A stretch of DNA of 64,000 nt from Bryobacterales bacterium (lineage in GTDB: Bacteria; Acidobacteriota; Terriglobia; Bryobacterales; UBA6623): assembly GCA_965248305.1 (NCBI GenBank), contig OZ252099.1, forward strand, positions 1,009,981 through 1,073,980, in the 5' to 3' direction. The notes below the pieces were generated by a model. The model saw only the letters and a list, made by a program, of their open reading frames with translations, made no database searches and was not told the DNA's origin. A program made the translations under genes and the position numbers. Below, piece by piece: positions 55,028 through 64,000 of this stretch; positions within the stretch are counted from its first letter, which is position 1, and each line of letters opens with the position of its first letter.

Positions 55028-56409
55028 AACACCTGTCGTGTCTGGCCCTGCTCGCGGCTCTATCCACAGCCGTCGCGGCTCCGCCCAACTTCGTATTCAT
55101 CCTTTCGGATGACCAAGGCTGGAATGGTCTGTCGAGGCGCATGATCCGCGACCTGCCCGAATCGGGCAGCGACTTCCACCGCACGCCCAATATCGACCTG
55201 CTGGCGCGGCAAGGTATGACCTTCTCGCGGGCCTACGCGGCGGCGCCGAAGTGCGAGCCTTCGCGTTACGCGATCACTTTCGGGATGACGACCACCAGCC
55301 TGAACACGTCCGACAAGGTCACTGCCAGGCGCATGCTCCGGCCGGACCGCCACTCCCTTGCCAACGCACTCAAGGCGGCCAATTCCGACTATGCTGCCGC
55401 CACGTTCGGCAAGTGGCAGCTCGTCAAGTCGCAGCGCGAGCTCGGTTTCGACCGGGACGACGGCAAGATCACCCAGAACCAGGACGGCGAATCCCCCGAC
55501 CCACGCGATCCGAAGCGCATGTTCGAACTGACGTCGAAGGGCAATCGCTTCATGCAGGACAGCGTCGAGAGCGGGCGTCCGTTCTACCTGCAGCTGTGGC
55601 ACTACGCAGTGCACGGCAGCAACCAGTCGCTTCCGGAAACCCTCGCGACATGGCAAGGTCGCAGGCAAGGTCGGCTGCACCGCGACCCGACTCGCGCTGC
55701 CATGGCAGAGGACTTTGATCGCGCCGTTGGCGAGACCTTGGCGAAGATTGATGAGTTGGGGATCCGCGACAGCACCTATGTCATTTACATGTCCGACAAC
55801 GGCGGCCCGACCCGCTACTTGCGGGGCGGCAAGACGAACGTCACGGAGGGAGGGCTGCGCGTGCCCCTTGTGGTGAGGGGGCCGGGAGTCCAGGCAGATG
55901 CCTATTGCGACACAGCGATAGTCGCCTACGACCTGCTGCCCACGATCCTTGGCCTCGCCTCCCCGGGCGCACAGCCGCCGCCGGGCACCGAGGGCGGGAG
56001 CTGGAAGCCGTTGCTGCTGAGTGGTTGCGCGGAAAGGGTTGAGCGACCCACAGACCGCCTCTTTTTTTTCTTCGCGGAAGGGCGGGGTCAGGATCCCGGG
56101 CCGCAAGCGGCGATCATGGCGGGCAGCTACAAGCTGCTGTATCGCTGGGCTGAGAAACAGGCATCGCTCTACGACGTGAACAAGGACGTTCGGGAAACCA
56201 GCGATCTCGCGGCGCAGCACCCCGAATTGGCGGCCGAGCTGCAGACCGAGCTGATGGATCACGTCCGAGCTGGTCTGGGCGAGGAGATGTTCGCGCGCAT
56301 CGAGACCGGCGAGATCACTGCCAGCCCGAGGGGGCAGCGGCGCCAGCGGCCTGGCCAGGAGCGCAGGCAGCAGCGGCGGCCGAACCGGCGCGCGCCGGCC
56401 ACCCAATGA
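55024..56409 (+). CDS. Sulfatase (arylsulfatase A family)
   Basis: Signal peptide MKHLSCLALLAALSTAVA, then PNFVFILSDDQGWN and the signature CEPSRYAITFG (C-x-P-S-R). The start overlaps the upstream stop (ATGA). Confidence 0.85.
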   Translation: MKHLSCLALLAALSTAVAAPPNFVFILSDDQGWNGLSRRMIRDLPESGSDFHRTPNIDLLARQGMTFSRAYAAAPKCEPSRYAITFGMTTTSLNTSDKVTARRMLRPDRHSLANALKAANSDYAAATFGKWQLVKSQRELGFDRDDGKITQNQDGESPDPRDPKRMFELTSKGNRFMQDSVESGRPFYLQLWHYAVHGSNQSLPETLATWQGRRQGRLHRDPTRAAMAEDFDRAVGETLAKIDELGIRDSTYVIYMSDNGGPTRYLRGGKTNVTEGGLRVPLVVRGPGVQADAYCDTAIVAYDLLPTILGLASPGAQPPPGTEGGSWKPLLLSGCAERVERPTDRLFFFFAEGRGQDPGPQAAIMAGSYKLLYRWAEKQASLYDVNKDVRETSDLAAQHPELAAELQTELMDHVRAGLGEEMFARIETGEITASPRGQRRQRPGQERRQQRRPNRRAPATQ

Positions 56410-57407
56410 AACGAGCTGCGCTCGCATCTGTCTTCGCGTTGGCGCTAGCAGTGGCGGCGGCCGACGAGCGGGCGCGGATCGGATTCGATTTCGATCCGGA
56501 GACCGTCGCACGCACCTTCCGGCCGTTTGCCCCCGACGTCAGCGTGCGCTGGGACGACGAATACTTCTATGTCGAGTCCGCCTCCTTGCCGCGGCATCGG
56601 ATGATGGTGGGGATCCGCGCTTGGAATCAACAGGTGCCGATCCCGCAGCCCTATTCCGGAGCCAACGCGTTTCGGCTGCCGCTACATCCCCGCTTCGCCG
56701 AGAAGCCTGTTTCCGGCAAGGAATCGCTCTTCCGCGGTGCGATCGCGGTCGCCGCGAACGGCATCCCGATCTTCAACCCGATCAAGCAGGACGGCCGCAC
56801 TGACACCTATCTGGCCGCCGAACTCGACGAGTTCGGCGGCCATGCCGGGCGTGCCGATGACTACCACTACCATGTCGCGCCGACGCATCTGTCCGATCAG
56901 CTCGGAACCGCCGTGCCGGTCGCGTGGGCGCTGGACGGCTTCCCGCTGTTCGGGTACGCGGAACCCGGCGGCTCGCAGCCGGCCGATCTCGACAGCCTGA
57001 ATGGCCACCTCCATTCCGGTCGTCCTTACCATTACCACGCGACCCAGGGGTACCCCTATGTGAACGGCGGGCTCCGCGGCGATGTTGCGGTGCGCAACGG
57101 CGCAGTGGAGGTCCAGCCGCGGGCGCGCCGGGTGCGTCAGTTCACGCGGCCGCTGCGAGGGGCCGTGATCACGGAATTCGGACCTCGCGGGCCTAGCAGC
57201 TACCACTTGGAATTCGACCTACGCGGCCAGCGCCATGCGATCGACTACACGCTGCTGGCCGAGGGCGGGGCGGAATTCGTCTTCACCGACGCAATGGGGC
57301 AAAGGCGCACCGAGACTTACAGGGCAGGCCAGCCTCAGCGGGATGGCAGCGCTCGGGACAGGGAAGACGGCCGGCGGCAGCGAGGCGGCCAACGCCGTCG
57401 AAACTAA
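56406..57407 (+). CDS. YHYH-domain protein
   Basis: Signal peptide MKRAALASVFALALAVAAA and two YHYH motifs (GRADDYHYHVAP, GRPYHYHATQGYPY). The start overlaps the upstream stop (ATGA). Confidence 0.8.
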   Translation: MKRAALASVFALALAVAAADERARIGFDFDPETVARTFRPFAPDVSVRWDDEYFYVESASLPRHRMMVGIRAWNQQVPIPQPYSGANAFRLPLHPRFAEKPVSGKESLFRGAIAVAANGIPIFNPIKQDGRTDTYLAAELDEFGGHAGRADDYHYHVAPTHLSDQLGTAVPVAWALDGFPLFGYAEPGGSQPADLDSLNGHLHSGRPYHYHATQGYPYVNGGLRGDVAVRNGAVEVQPRARRVRQFTRPLRGAVITEFGPRGPSSYHLEFDLRGQRHAIDYTLLAEGGAEFVFTDAMGQRRTETYRAGQPQRDGSARDREDGRRQRGGQRRRN

Positions 57408-57454
57408 GGCGCAAGAAACTCCCGATTCGCGACTGCGTTCGCTACACTTCGTGC

Positions 57455-59932
57455 ATGCCGGATCGTGCTCGACTCGCAACCGCGGCGGTTCTGGCGTTAC
57501 TTGTCGGGTTCGTCGTCCAGTCTGGATTGGCACCGCCAACCGCCGCCCAGGACTCGCCTAAGTTCGCGTGGGGTGCGAGCGACCCGTCCTGGTCCCCCGA
57601 CGGCAAGCAGCTGGCGTTCTCGTTGTTCGGCAGCATCTGGACCGTTGGCGCTGAAGGGGGTGTAGCGGAACAGCTGACGTCGTCGGAGGGATTCCACGAC
57701 CACGCTGCTTGGTCGCCGGACGGAGCAGCGGTCGCGTTCGTGATCGGGAACAACCCGCGCGGGCGCTTTGCCAAGGTGAGGGGTTCGCTCGCGATCGTTG
57801 ACGCCGCGAGCGGACGGGAACGCGTTCTGCGGCTGCCGCATCTTACGGCCGGAACACCCAGCTGGGCCCGCGACGGGAGCAAGCTCTACTGTGCTCTGCT
57901 CGTTCCCGGGTCCGGTGCCCTCCTGCATGCCATCGATCCGGAATCCGGCAGTTCCAAGCCGGTACAGTCGCGTCCGCAACGCAGCCAGGCTGGCCCGTGG
58001 GTGGAAACGTCGGCCGGCACGGACGAGATCTTGTTCGCGGCCGAACGCGTCGGGCCGCCGCAGGTGTGGTCCCTGCCTGTGGGCCGCGGCGGCTTCACCG
58101 TCCAGATGCCGCTGACTCGCTACCTGCCGGGGGACATAGCCCTGCTCGACGGTGTCAGCGCCATGCCCGCCGGCGGCTCGATCCATTCCGCCGACGTGAT
58201 CAACGGCCGGGGTAACTTCGAGCTGTACCGCTTGACCGGCCAGGGCGGCGAGCCGATAGCGCTGACATCCACGCCTCGCCACGAGCTGTCCCCGGATGTC
58301 GCGCCAGACGGGACGCGCATCGCTTTCGCTTCGAACAAGCTCGGCAACATAGACCTGTTCACGATGCCGGTCGAAGGCGGGGAGGCGCGCCACGTGGGCA
58401 TCGAGGGGTTGCGGTTCCGGAAGCCATCCGGCAAGGTGCGCGTCAACGTGGTCGACGAGCTGGGCCAGCCCACGGCGGTGCGGCTCTATGTCGAAGCCTC
58501 TGACGGCAAGGGCTACGCTCCGCGCGGAGAGCCGATCTTCTACTACCCACTGGAGCCTGGAGGCAAGCGCGACGCTTTCTTCGTCGCGGTCGGCCAGGCG
58601 GAATTCGACGTGCCGGCGGGGGGCCTGCGGCTCACGGCCGTGAAAGGGTACGAGTACAGGATCAGCGCAAGCAACGTCGATGTGCAGCCGGGCGGCACGA
58701 CCCAGGTCACACTGACGCTGGAACGCTGGACGAATTGGAGCCAGCGCGGCTGGTACTCGGGGGAGAACCACTTTCACGCCAATTACCTAGGCAGCTACTA
58801 CCAGCGTCCGCCGCAGTCACTCGCTTGGCTCAAGGCCATGGATCTCAATGCCGCCAACATGATCGTGGCAAATGCGCAGGGCGCGTTCGTGCACGACAAG
58901 GAGTTCTTCAGCGGACAGGTCAGTCCGCTCTCCACCGAGCGACATTTCCTGTACTGGGGCCAGGAGTACCGCAATAGCGACCCGCTTGGGCATATGGGCT
59001 TTCTGAATATCCGGCAACAGGTCCCGCCTTCCTACACCAGCGTCCCGGGCAGCGACTCGCCGTACGACTTTCCCCTGAATACGATGGCGGCGCTCGAAGC
59101 ACGTCGGCAGGGGGGCTTGGTGACATACATGCACCCGATCGGCGGCAGCATGCGCGATGTCTTCGACACGAACCTTGGCGCGAAGGAAAGCGTCGTGACG
59201 GCGGCCCTGGGAGCTCTCGACACACTCGATCTGCTGCCCTACGGCGACGGGGCCTATGAACTCTGGTACACCTTGCTGAACTGCGGGTTTCGGATCGCCG
59301 CCGGCGCGGGTACTGACGCGTTCACGAACTGGCGCGGGATCAACCGGATCCCGGGCGGGAGCAGGCAATATGTCCATGTCGGCGGCCGGATGAGCTGGGA
59401 GCGCTGGATCGAGCGCTACCGCGAGGGGCGCTCGTTCGCCACGACCGGGCCGCTGCTGACGTTCGAGATCAACGGCAGCGGCGTGGGCGAGGAGCTCAAG
59501 TTCAATCCCGGCTCGACCTACCGGGCCACGTTGAGCGCCGACGTCATGTCGCGCACGCCCATCGAGCGTGTCGAGTTTGTGCGCAACGGGCAGGTCATCG
59601 CCAGCACCGACGCGAAGGGTGAGCGCCGCGTAAGGGTCCAGGAGGAGGTCCAGGTCAGCGAATCGAGCTGGTTCGGCGCGCGCGTCTACGGACCGGGGGC
59701 GCCCGGGCTGACCACCCTGGCAATGGCGCATTCCAGTGCTGTGTACGTCACCCAGGGGGCGCGCCCGGTCTTGGTCCGGGAGGACCTGGATCTGGCCGTG
59801 CGCTGGATCGACAGGCTCTGGGCGTACTTGGTGGAACGGGACAATTTCGGTTCTGCGGAAAACCGGGCAGCGGCGCGAGCCATGATTGACCGTGCTCGGC
59901 AGCATTATCGGGACAAGTTGGCAGAGCTGTGA
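57455..59932 (+). CDS. TolB-like beta-propeller fused to a CehA/McbA-family (PHP-like) metallohydrolase
   Basis: 825-aa ORF. N-terminal WD40-like repeats (PSWSPDGKQLAF, AAWSPDGAAVAF, ELSPDVAPDGTRIAFAS). The C-terminal part has GENHFHANY...YMHPIGG...GAGTDAF. Confidence 0.8.
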   Translation: MPDRARLATAAVLALLVGFVVQSGLAPPTAAQDSPKFAWGASDPSWSPDGKQLAFSLFGSIWTVGAEGGVAEQLTSSEGFHDHAAWSPDGAAVAFVIGNNPRGRFAKVRGSLAIVDAASGRERVLRLPHLTAGTPSWARDGSKLYCALLVPGSGALLHAIDPESGSSKPVQSRPQRSQAGPWVETSAGTDEILFAAERVGPPQVWSLPVGRGGFTVQMPLTRYLPGDIALLDGVSAMPAGGSIHSADVINGRGNFELYRLTGQGGEPIALTSTPRHELSPDVAPDGTRIAFASNKLGNIDLFTMPVEGGEARHVGIEGLRFRKPSGKVRVNVVDELGQPTAVRLYVEASDGKGYAPRGEPIFYYPLEPGGKRDAFFVAVGQAEFDVPAGGLRLTAVKGYEYRISASNVDVQPGGTTQVTLTLERWTNWSQRGWYSGENHFHANYLGSYYQRPPQSLAWLKAMDLNAANMIVANAQGAFVHDKEFFSGQVSPLSTERHFLYWGQEYRNSDPLGHMGFLNIRQQVPPSYTSVPGSDSPYDFPLNTMAALEARRQGGLVTYMHPIGGSMRDVFDTNLGAKESVVTAALGALDTLDLLPYGDGAYELWYTLLNCGFRIAAGAGTDAFTNWRGINRIPGGSRQYVHVGGRMSWERWIERYREGRSFATTGPLLTFEINGSGVGEELKFNPGSTYRATLSADVMSRTPIERVEFVRNGQVIASTDAKGERRVRVQEEVQVSESSWFGARVYGPGAPGLTTLAMAHSSAVYVTQGARPVLVREDLDLAVRWIDRLWAYLVERDNFGSAENRAAARAMIDRARQHYRDKLAEL

Positions 59933-60010
59933 GGTATGCTTGGCTCAAGCGCGCGCCCGGGCGACCATGCCGTGTTGTACTTTAGGCTTGCATCGGACTG
60001 CGGATCTGGA

Positions 60011-62659
60011 ATGAGACATTTGGCAGTGGCCCTGCTTTTCGCGGCTTGCTGGTTGCCGGCCGCCGATCCGCACTTTTTCGAGTCGAAGGTCCGTCCTCTG
60101 CTGGCTGCTAAGTGCTTCGCCTGCCACACCGATTCGGAACTGGGCGGGCTGCGGCTGGATTCTCAGGCGCGGCTCTTGCAAGGCGGGTCGCGGGGCCCGG
60201 CCGTGCTACCAGGAGATCCGCAAGGCAGCCTCCTGCTCACCGCCGTGAACCGCACACGGGAGGACCTGAAGATGCCTCCCAGTGAGCCGCTGGCGGAGGC
60301 CGAAATCAAGATTCTCGAAGAGTGGATCGCGGCGGGCGCCACATGGCCGGAGGTCCGTCCAACGGTCTCGGCCGGTGCGGAGCTGCGCCTCTCAGCCGGT
60401 GACTTCTGGGCGTTCAAGCCCGTGCGCAGACCAAGCGTGCCGGGCGGAGATCCCGGCAGGGCAATCGACGCATTCCTGCTCAAGCGGATGCAGAAGGCCG
60501 GCTTGGAGCCCATGCCCTCAGCCGACAAGCGGACCCTGATTCGACGGATCACGCTCGATCTGCTCGGCTTGCCGCCAACGCCGCAGGAGACCGCCGCATT
60601 CTTGGCGGACACGTCGCCCGGGGCGTATCCGCTTCTTGTTGAGCGGCTGCTGGGATCCCCTCAATACGGTGAGCGCATGGCCCGTCGCTGGCTCGACCTG
60701 AGCCGTTATGCAGACGGCCAATCAGCCGCTTACAAAGACACGCCGTTGGCAAATGCCTGGCGCTACCGGGATTGGGTCGTCAACGCCTTCAATCGTGACC
60801 TGCCATACGACAGATTCGTTGTGTCGCAGCTCGCTGCGGACCTTCTGCCGGAACCTGAGCGCGCGGAGAATCTTGCCGCGCTGGGATTTCACGCCTTGCG
60901 CGACCGCGACGATGATCGCGTGGACGTAACAACGCGGGCGCTGTTAGGGCTGACAGTCGCGTGCGCGCAGTGCCACGACCACAAATTCGACCCGATCCCG
61001 CAGACCGATTTCTATGCGCTGCAAGGCGTGTTCAATAGCTCTGTCGATCACAAACATCCGCTTGCCCCCGCAGAGCAGGTCGAGGCTTTTGAAGCAGCGA
61101 AAAAGAAAGCTAGCGAACATCAGCTCGCCATCGACCTGTTTCTCGAAAATCAACGCAACCAGCTGATCGATGTCTTGATGGAACGGACGGCCGAGTTCCT
61201 CGTCGCAAGCCATCGAGTCGTCTCGCTGGGCGCCGCTCCGGCACAAGTCGCCGCAGAGGCAGACCTCGATCTACAGACTCTCGAGCGCTGGCTGGCGTAC
61301 TTGGATGCGCGCTCGCACGAGCATCGATTCCTGGACGAATGGCATGCGCTGGCGGATCGTGGCGGCTCGCTCGAGGAGGCGCGCCATGCTGCTGAGCGGT
61401 TCGAGCGCATCTTGGTCGAAATCCATCGCGACAAGCGGGCGATCGAAGACCGGAATTACGTCAAGCTGGGCGGAGCGGAAGGCGCCCGGACCTCGCGCGT
61501 CCTGCTCAACACGAATCTCGAATTCCTCGAGCCGCTGCGTTACTACCTGTGGCGCGACATGGCCACACCGCCGGCGAAGAAGCGGGGCCTGCCGTTCCCG
61601 GGCGGCGTGTACTACTACGGCCCCAAGGATATTGAGCGCTTTCTCAGCGGCGTGTGGCGCCAGCATCTCGAACGGCAGAGGGCCGCACTCGAGCGCCTTC
61701 AGGAGCAGGTGCCCCCGCCGTACCCGTTCCTGCACGCCTACCGTGATGCCGCTGCTCCGAAGGACGCGCGCCTCGCGATTCGAGGCGACAAGAAGAATCT
61801 CGGCCCTGCCGTCCCGAGGCGCTTTCTCTCGGTGCTCAGCCAGGGCGAGTCCCAGCGCTTCGCGAACGGCAGCGGCCGGCTGGAACTTGCTCAAGCGATC
61901 GCCTCGCCTGCGAATCCGCTGACGGCCCGCGTGTTTGTCAACCGAATCTGGCAGTGGCGCTTCGGGCGCGGCCTCGTGACGACGCCAAGCAACTTCGGAC
62001 AGTTGGGAGAGCGACCGACGCACCCACAGCTGCTCGACTGGCTGGCGAGCGAGTTCGTCACATCCGGCTGGTCGATCAAGGCCCTCGATCGGGCGATCCT
62101 GCTTTCCGACGCCTACCAGCGGAGTTCCGAGGTCAGCGTGGTCAATTACGAGACTGACGCGGACAACGAGCTGTTGTGGCGTTTCAACCCTGTCCAGCGC
62201 CTCGACGCCGAGACTGCGCGGGACGCCATGCTGGCCGTTTCCGGGCGTCTCGACCTCAGGCGGGGAGGGCTGCCGAAGGCATTGGGGCAGGGCAACTTGC
62301 GGCGATCCCTGTACGCCAGCGTGGACCGCACGAACCCGCACCCTGCGATGGCGTTGCTCGACTTTCCGGATGCCAAGAGCCACGCCGCGGTTCGCGACGT
62401 GACGGTTGGACCGCTGCAACGGCTGTATTTTCTCAACAATCCATTCGTGCTGGAGCAGTCCGAGGCCTTGGCCAAGCGTCTCGTTGAGGATGCGGGCACA
62501 GGCTTGGAAGCCAGGATCCGGCGCGCCTACGAGCTGCTCTTTAGCCGGCCGCCGGACGCTGCCGATTTGGCCGCCGCCCGCGCGTTCCTTGAGTCGGACA
62601 CTTGGGGGCGGTACTGCCACGTCCTGCTGGCCTCAAGCGAGTTCCTCGCGGTAAGGTAG
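60011..62659 (+). CDS. PSCyt1-DUF1549-DUF1553 (PSD1) domain protein
   Basis: The internal ATG gives the signal peptide MRHLAVALLFAACWLPA. Cytochrome-like FFESKVRPLLAAKCFACH and LKMPP. The DUF1549-like part is IDAFLLKRMQKAGLEPMPSADKRTLIRRITLDLLGLPPTPQE. The DUF1553-like part is CAQCHDHKFDPIPQTDFYAL. Confidence 0.9.
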   Translation: MRHLAVALLFAACWLPAADPHFFESKVRPLLAAKCFACHTDSELGGLRLDSQARLLQGGSRGPAVLPGDPQGSLLLTAVNRTREDLKMPPSEPLAEAEIKILEEWIAAGATWPEVRPTVSAGAELRLSAGDFWAFKPVRRPSVPGGDPGRAIDAFLLKRMQKAGLEPMPSADKRTLIRRITLDLLGLPPTPQETAAFLADTSPGAYPLLVERLLGSPQYGERMARRWLDLSRYADGQSAAYKDTPLANAWRYRDWVVNAFNRDLPYDRFVVSQLAADLLPEPERAENLAALGFHALRDRDDDRVDVTTRALLGLTVACAQCHDHKFDPIPQTDFYALQGVFNSSVDHKHPLAPAEQVEAFEAAKKKASEHQLAIDLFLENQRNQLIDVLMERTAEFLVASHRVVSLGAAPAQVAAEADLDLQTLERWLAYLDARSHEHRFLDEWHALADRGGSLEEARHAAERFERILVEIHRDKRAIEDRNYVKLGGAEGARTSRVLLNTNLEFLEPLRYYLWRDMATPPAKKRGLPFPGGVYYYGPKDIERFLSGVWRQHLERQRAALERLQEQVPPPYPFLHAYRDAAAPKDARLAIRGDKKNLGPAVPRRFLSVLSQGESQRFANGSGRLELAQAIASPANPLTARVFVNRIWQWRFGRGLVTTPSNFGQLGERPTHPQLLDWLASEFVTSGWSIKALDRAILLSDAYQRSSEVSVVNYETDADNELLWRFNPVQRLDAETARDAMLAVSGRLDLRRGGLPKALGQGNLRRSLYASVDRTNPHPAMALLDFPDAKSHAAVRDVTVGPLQRLYFLNNPFVLEQSEALAKRLVEDAGTGLEARIRRAYELLFSRPPDAADLAAARAFLESDTWGRYCHVLLASSEFLAVR

Positions 62660-62664
62660 CACCA

Positions 62665-64000
62665 GTGCCACTGACCCGACGAGAAACGCTCGGCATGCTG
62701 GGGGCCGGTTTCGGCGCCGTCGGTATGGCCGACGGACTGCGCGCCGCGGCCGGCTCTGCGCCGCATTTCGCGGCCCGTGCGAAGCGCGTCATCTTCCTCT
62801 TTCTCAACGGCGGGCTTTCGCACGTAGACACGTTCGACCCCAAGCCGGCGCTGGCCAAGTTCGACGGCCAGCCGATGCCCGGGCCGAAGGTCAAGACCGA
62901 CCGCGCCTCGGGCGGCTTGATGAGGTCGCCGTTCGAGTTCAAGCCCTACGGCGAGAGCGGCACCGAAGTCAGCGACATCTTTCCGCGCGTCGGCGCGCGC
63001 ATCGATGACTTCCTAGTCGTTCGCTCGATGTGGTCCGAGAGCGTCAACCATCTTCCGTCGATGCTGATGATGAATACCGGACACGCCCTGCGGGGTGGCT
63101 CGCGGCCATCGCTTGGCTCATGGATCGTATACGGACTGGGCGCCGAGAACCGGAATCTGCCCGGTTTCGTGGTCCTGTGTCCCGGAACGCCCGTGGGCGC
63201 CGCCCGGAACTGGTCGTCTTCGTTCTTGCCCACGAAGCTGCACGGGGCGCTGATTCGCAACGACGCCGAGACGCCGGGCGAACTGATCCAGAACATGGCC
63301 AATTCGTCCTATACCTTGGACCAGCAGCGTCGGCAACTCGATCTCTTGGATCGGCTCGATTCCTCTTTTCTCGACCGGTCTGGCTTCGATCCAAGGCTCG
63401 AAGCCAACATCGCGGCGATGGAAACAGCGTTCCGGATGCAAACCGAAGCGCCCGAGATATTCGATCTGGCGAGAGAGCCGGAGCATGTGCGCGCCCGCTA
63501 TGGCGACGGAGAATTCGGGCGCGGCTGCCTGATGGCCCTGCGGCTGGCCGAAGCCGGAGTGCGCGTGGTGCAGGTGTACTACGGCGATGGCCAACCGTGG
63601 GACAGCCACGACGACATCATGACCCAGAAGGCGCACGCGCAACGCTCCGACGCCCCGATCGCGGCCCTGGTCGAGGACTTGAAGGACCGTGGCATGCTCG
63701 ACGAGACGTTGGTGATCATCGGCAGCGAATTCGGACGGACTCCGATGATCCAGAACTCCGGCACCGAGAAGGTCGGCCGCGGCCGCGACCACAATCCTCC
63801 CGGCTATTCGATGCTCTTGGCCGGCGGCGGAATCCGCGGAGGCCAAGCGTACGGTGCGACCGACGACTTCGGCTACAAGGCGGTTGAAAATCCCGTCAGT
63901 CCGCATGACCTGCACGCCACGGCGCTGCACCTGCTCGGCATGGACCACACCAAGCTGACCTACCGCTACGGCGGCAGGGACTTCCGGCTGACCGATGTCC
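62665..64000 (+). CDS. DUF1501-domain protein (sulfatase-fold), 3' end beyond the window
   Basis: Not in the supplied ORF track because there is no stop inside the window. GTG start with a Tat-like leader VPLTRRETLGMLGAGFGAVGMA. Then RVIFLFLNGGLSHVDTFDPKP...GRDHNPPGYSMLLAGGGIRGGQAYGATDDFGY...VSPHDLHATALHLLG, the standard DUF1501 pattern. It is paired with the upstream PSD1 gene, as is usual. Confidence 0.85.
   Translation, partial: MPLTRRETLGMLGAGFGAVGMADGLRAAAGSAPHFAARAKRVIFLFLNGGLSHVDTFDPKPALAKFDGQPMPGPKVKTDRASGGLMRSPFEFKPYGESGTEVSDIFPRVGARIDDFLVVRSMWSESVNHLPSMLMMNTGHALRGGSRPSLGSWIVYGLGAENRNLPGFVVLCPGTPVGAARNWSSSFLPTKLHGALIRNDAETPGELIQNMANSSYTLDQQRRQLDLLDRLDSSFLDRSGFDPRLEANIAAMETAFRMQTEAPEIFDLAREPEHVRARYGDGEFGRGCLMALRLAEAGVRVVQVYYGDGQPWDSHDDIMTQKAHAQRSDAPIAALVEDLKDRGMLDETLVIIGSEFGRTPMIQNSGTEKVGRGRDHNPPGYSMLLAGGGIRGGQAYGATDDFGYKAVENPVSPHDLHATALHLLGMDHTKLTYRYGGRDFRLTDV

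Noticed and set aside
1-64000. tRNA, rRNA, tmRNA, riboswitch and CRISPR scan of the intergenic regions (notably 21.8-22.5 kb, 27.0-27.7 kb, 33.0-33.1 kb, 35.6-35.7 kb and 39.6-39.8 kb).
   Set aside because: I recognised no cloverleaf-compatible sequence, conserved rRNA block or regular repeat-spacer array by eye. A tRNAscan, Infernal or CRISPR-finder run would be needed to exclude them formally.

Overview
High-GC bacterial chromosome segment. The gene content looks like Acidobacteriota of the Solibacter/Bryobacter type, or a similar soil bacterium: CarboxypepD_reg-type TonB receptor, CRTAC1/ASPIC-UnbV proteins, sulfatases, and a PSCyt-DUF1549-DUF1553 plus DUF1501 pair; this taxonomic guess is inference only. 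The flanks (1-12 kb and 50-64 kb) carry ordinary secreted or periplasmic enzymes and transport genes. The centre (12-50 kb) is dominated by mobile DNA and gene decay. (1) A 2.7-kb two-ORF IS with 8-bp target duplication is inserted in an mrr restriction gene. (2) An old tandem duplication of an MFS-creatininase-Uma2 module is present. (3) An 18.8-kb mosaic island lies exactly between the two halves of the first Uma2 gene. It carries HigBA, a decayed ColE1-type Mob module with nested genes, kinase, NERD and TSCPD fragments, an IS1595 element, an IS66-family element with a DUF4338 (DruA-like) passenger gene, and an ankyrin protein. (4) Two nearly identical copies of a 2.6-kb IS encode an 816-aa transposase, and one copy has a 125-bp deletion. 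I found no rRNA, tRNA or CRISPR array by eye. Many long ORFs in the supplied track are antisense or out-of-frame shadows typical of high-GC DNA. One real gene (DUF1501, 62665 to the window end) is missing from the track because it runs off the window. All family assignments come from motif recognition in the translations, not from database searches.
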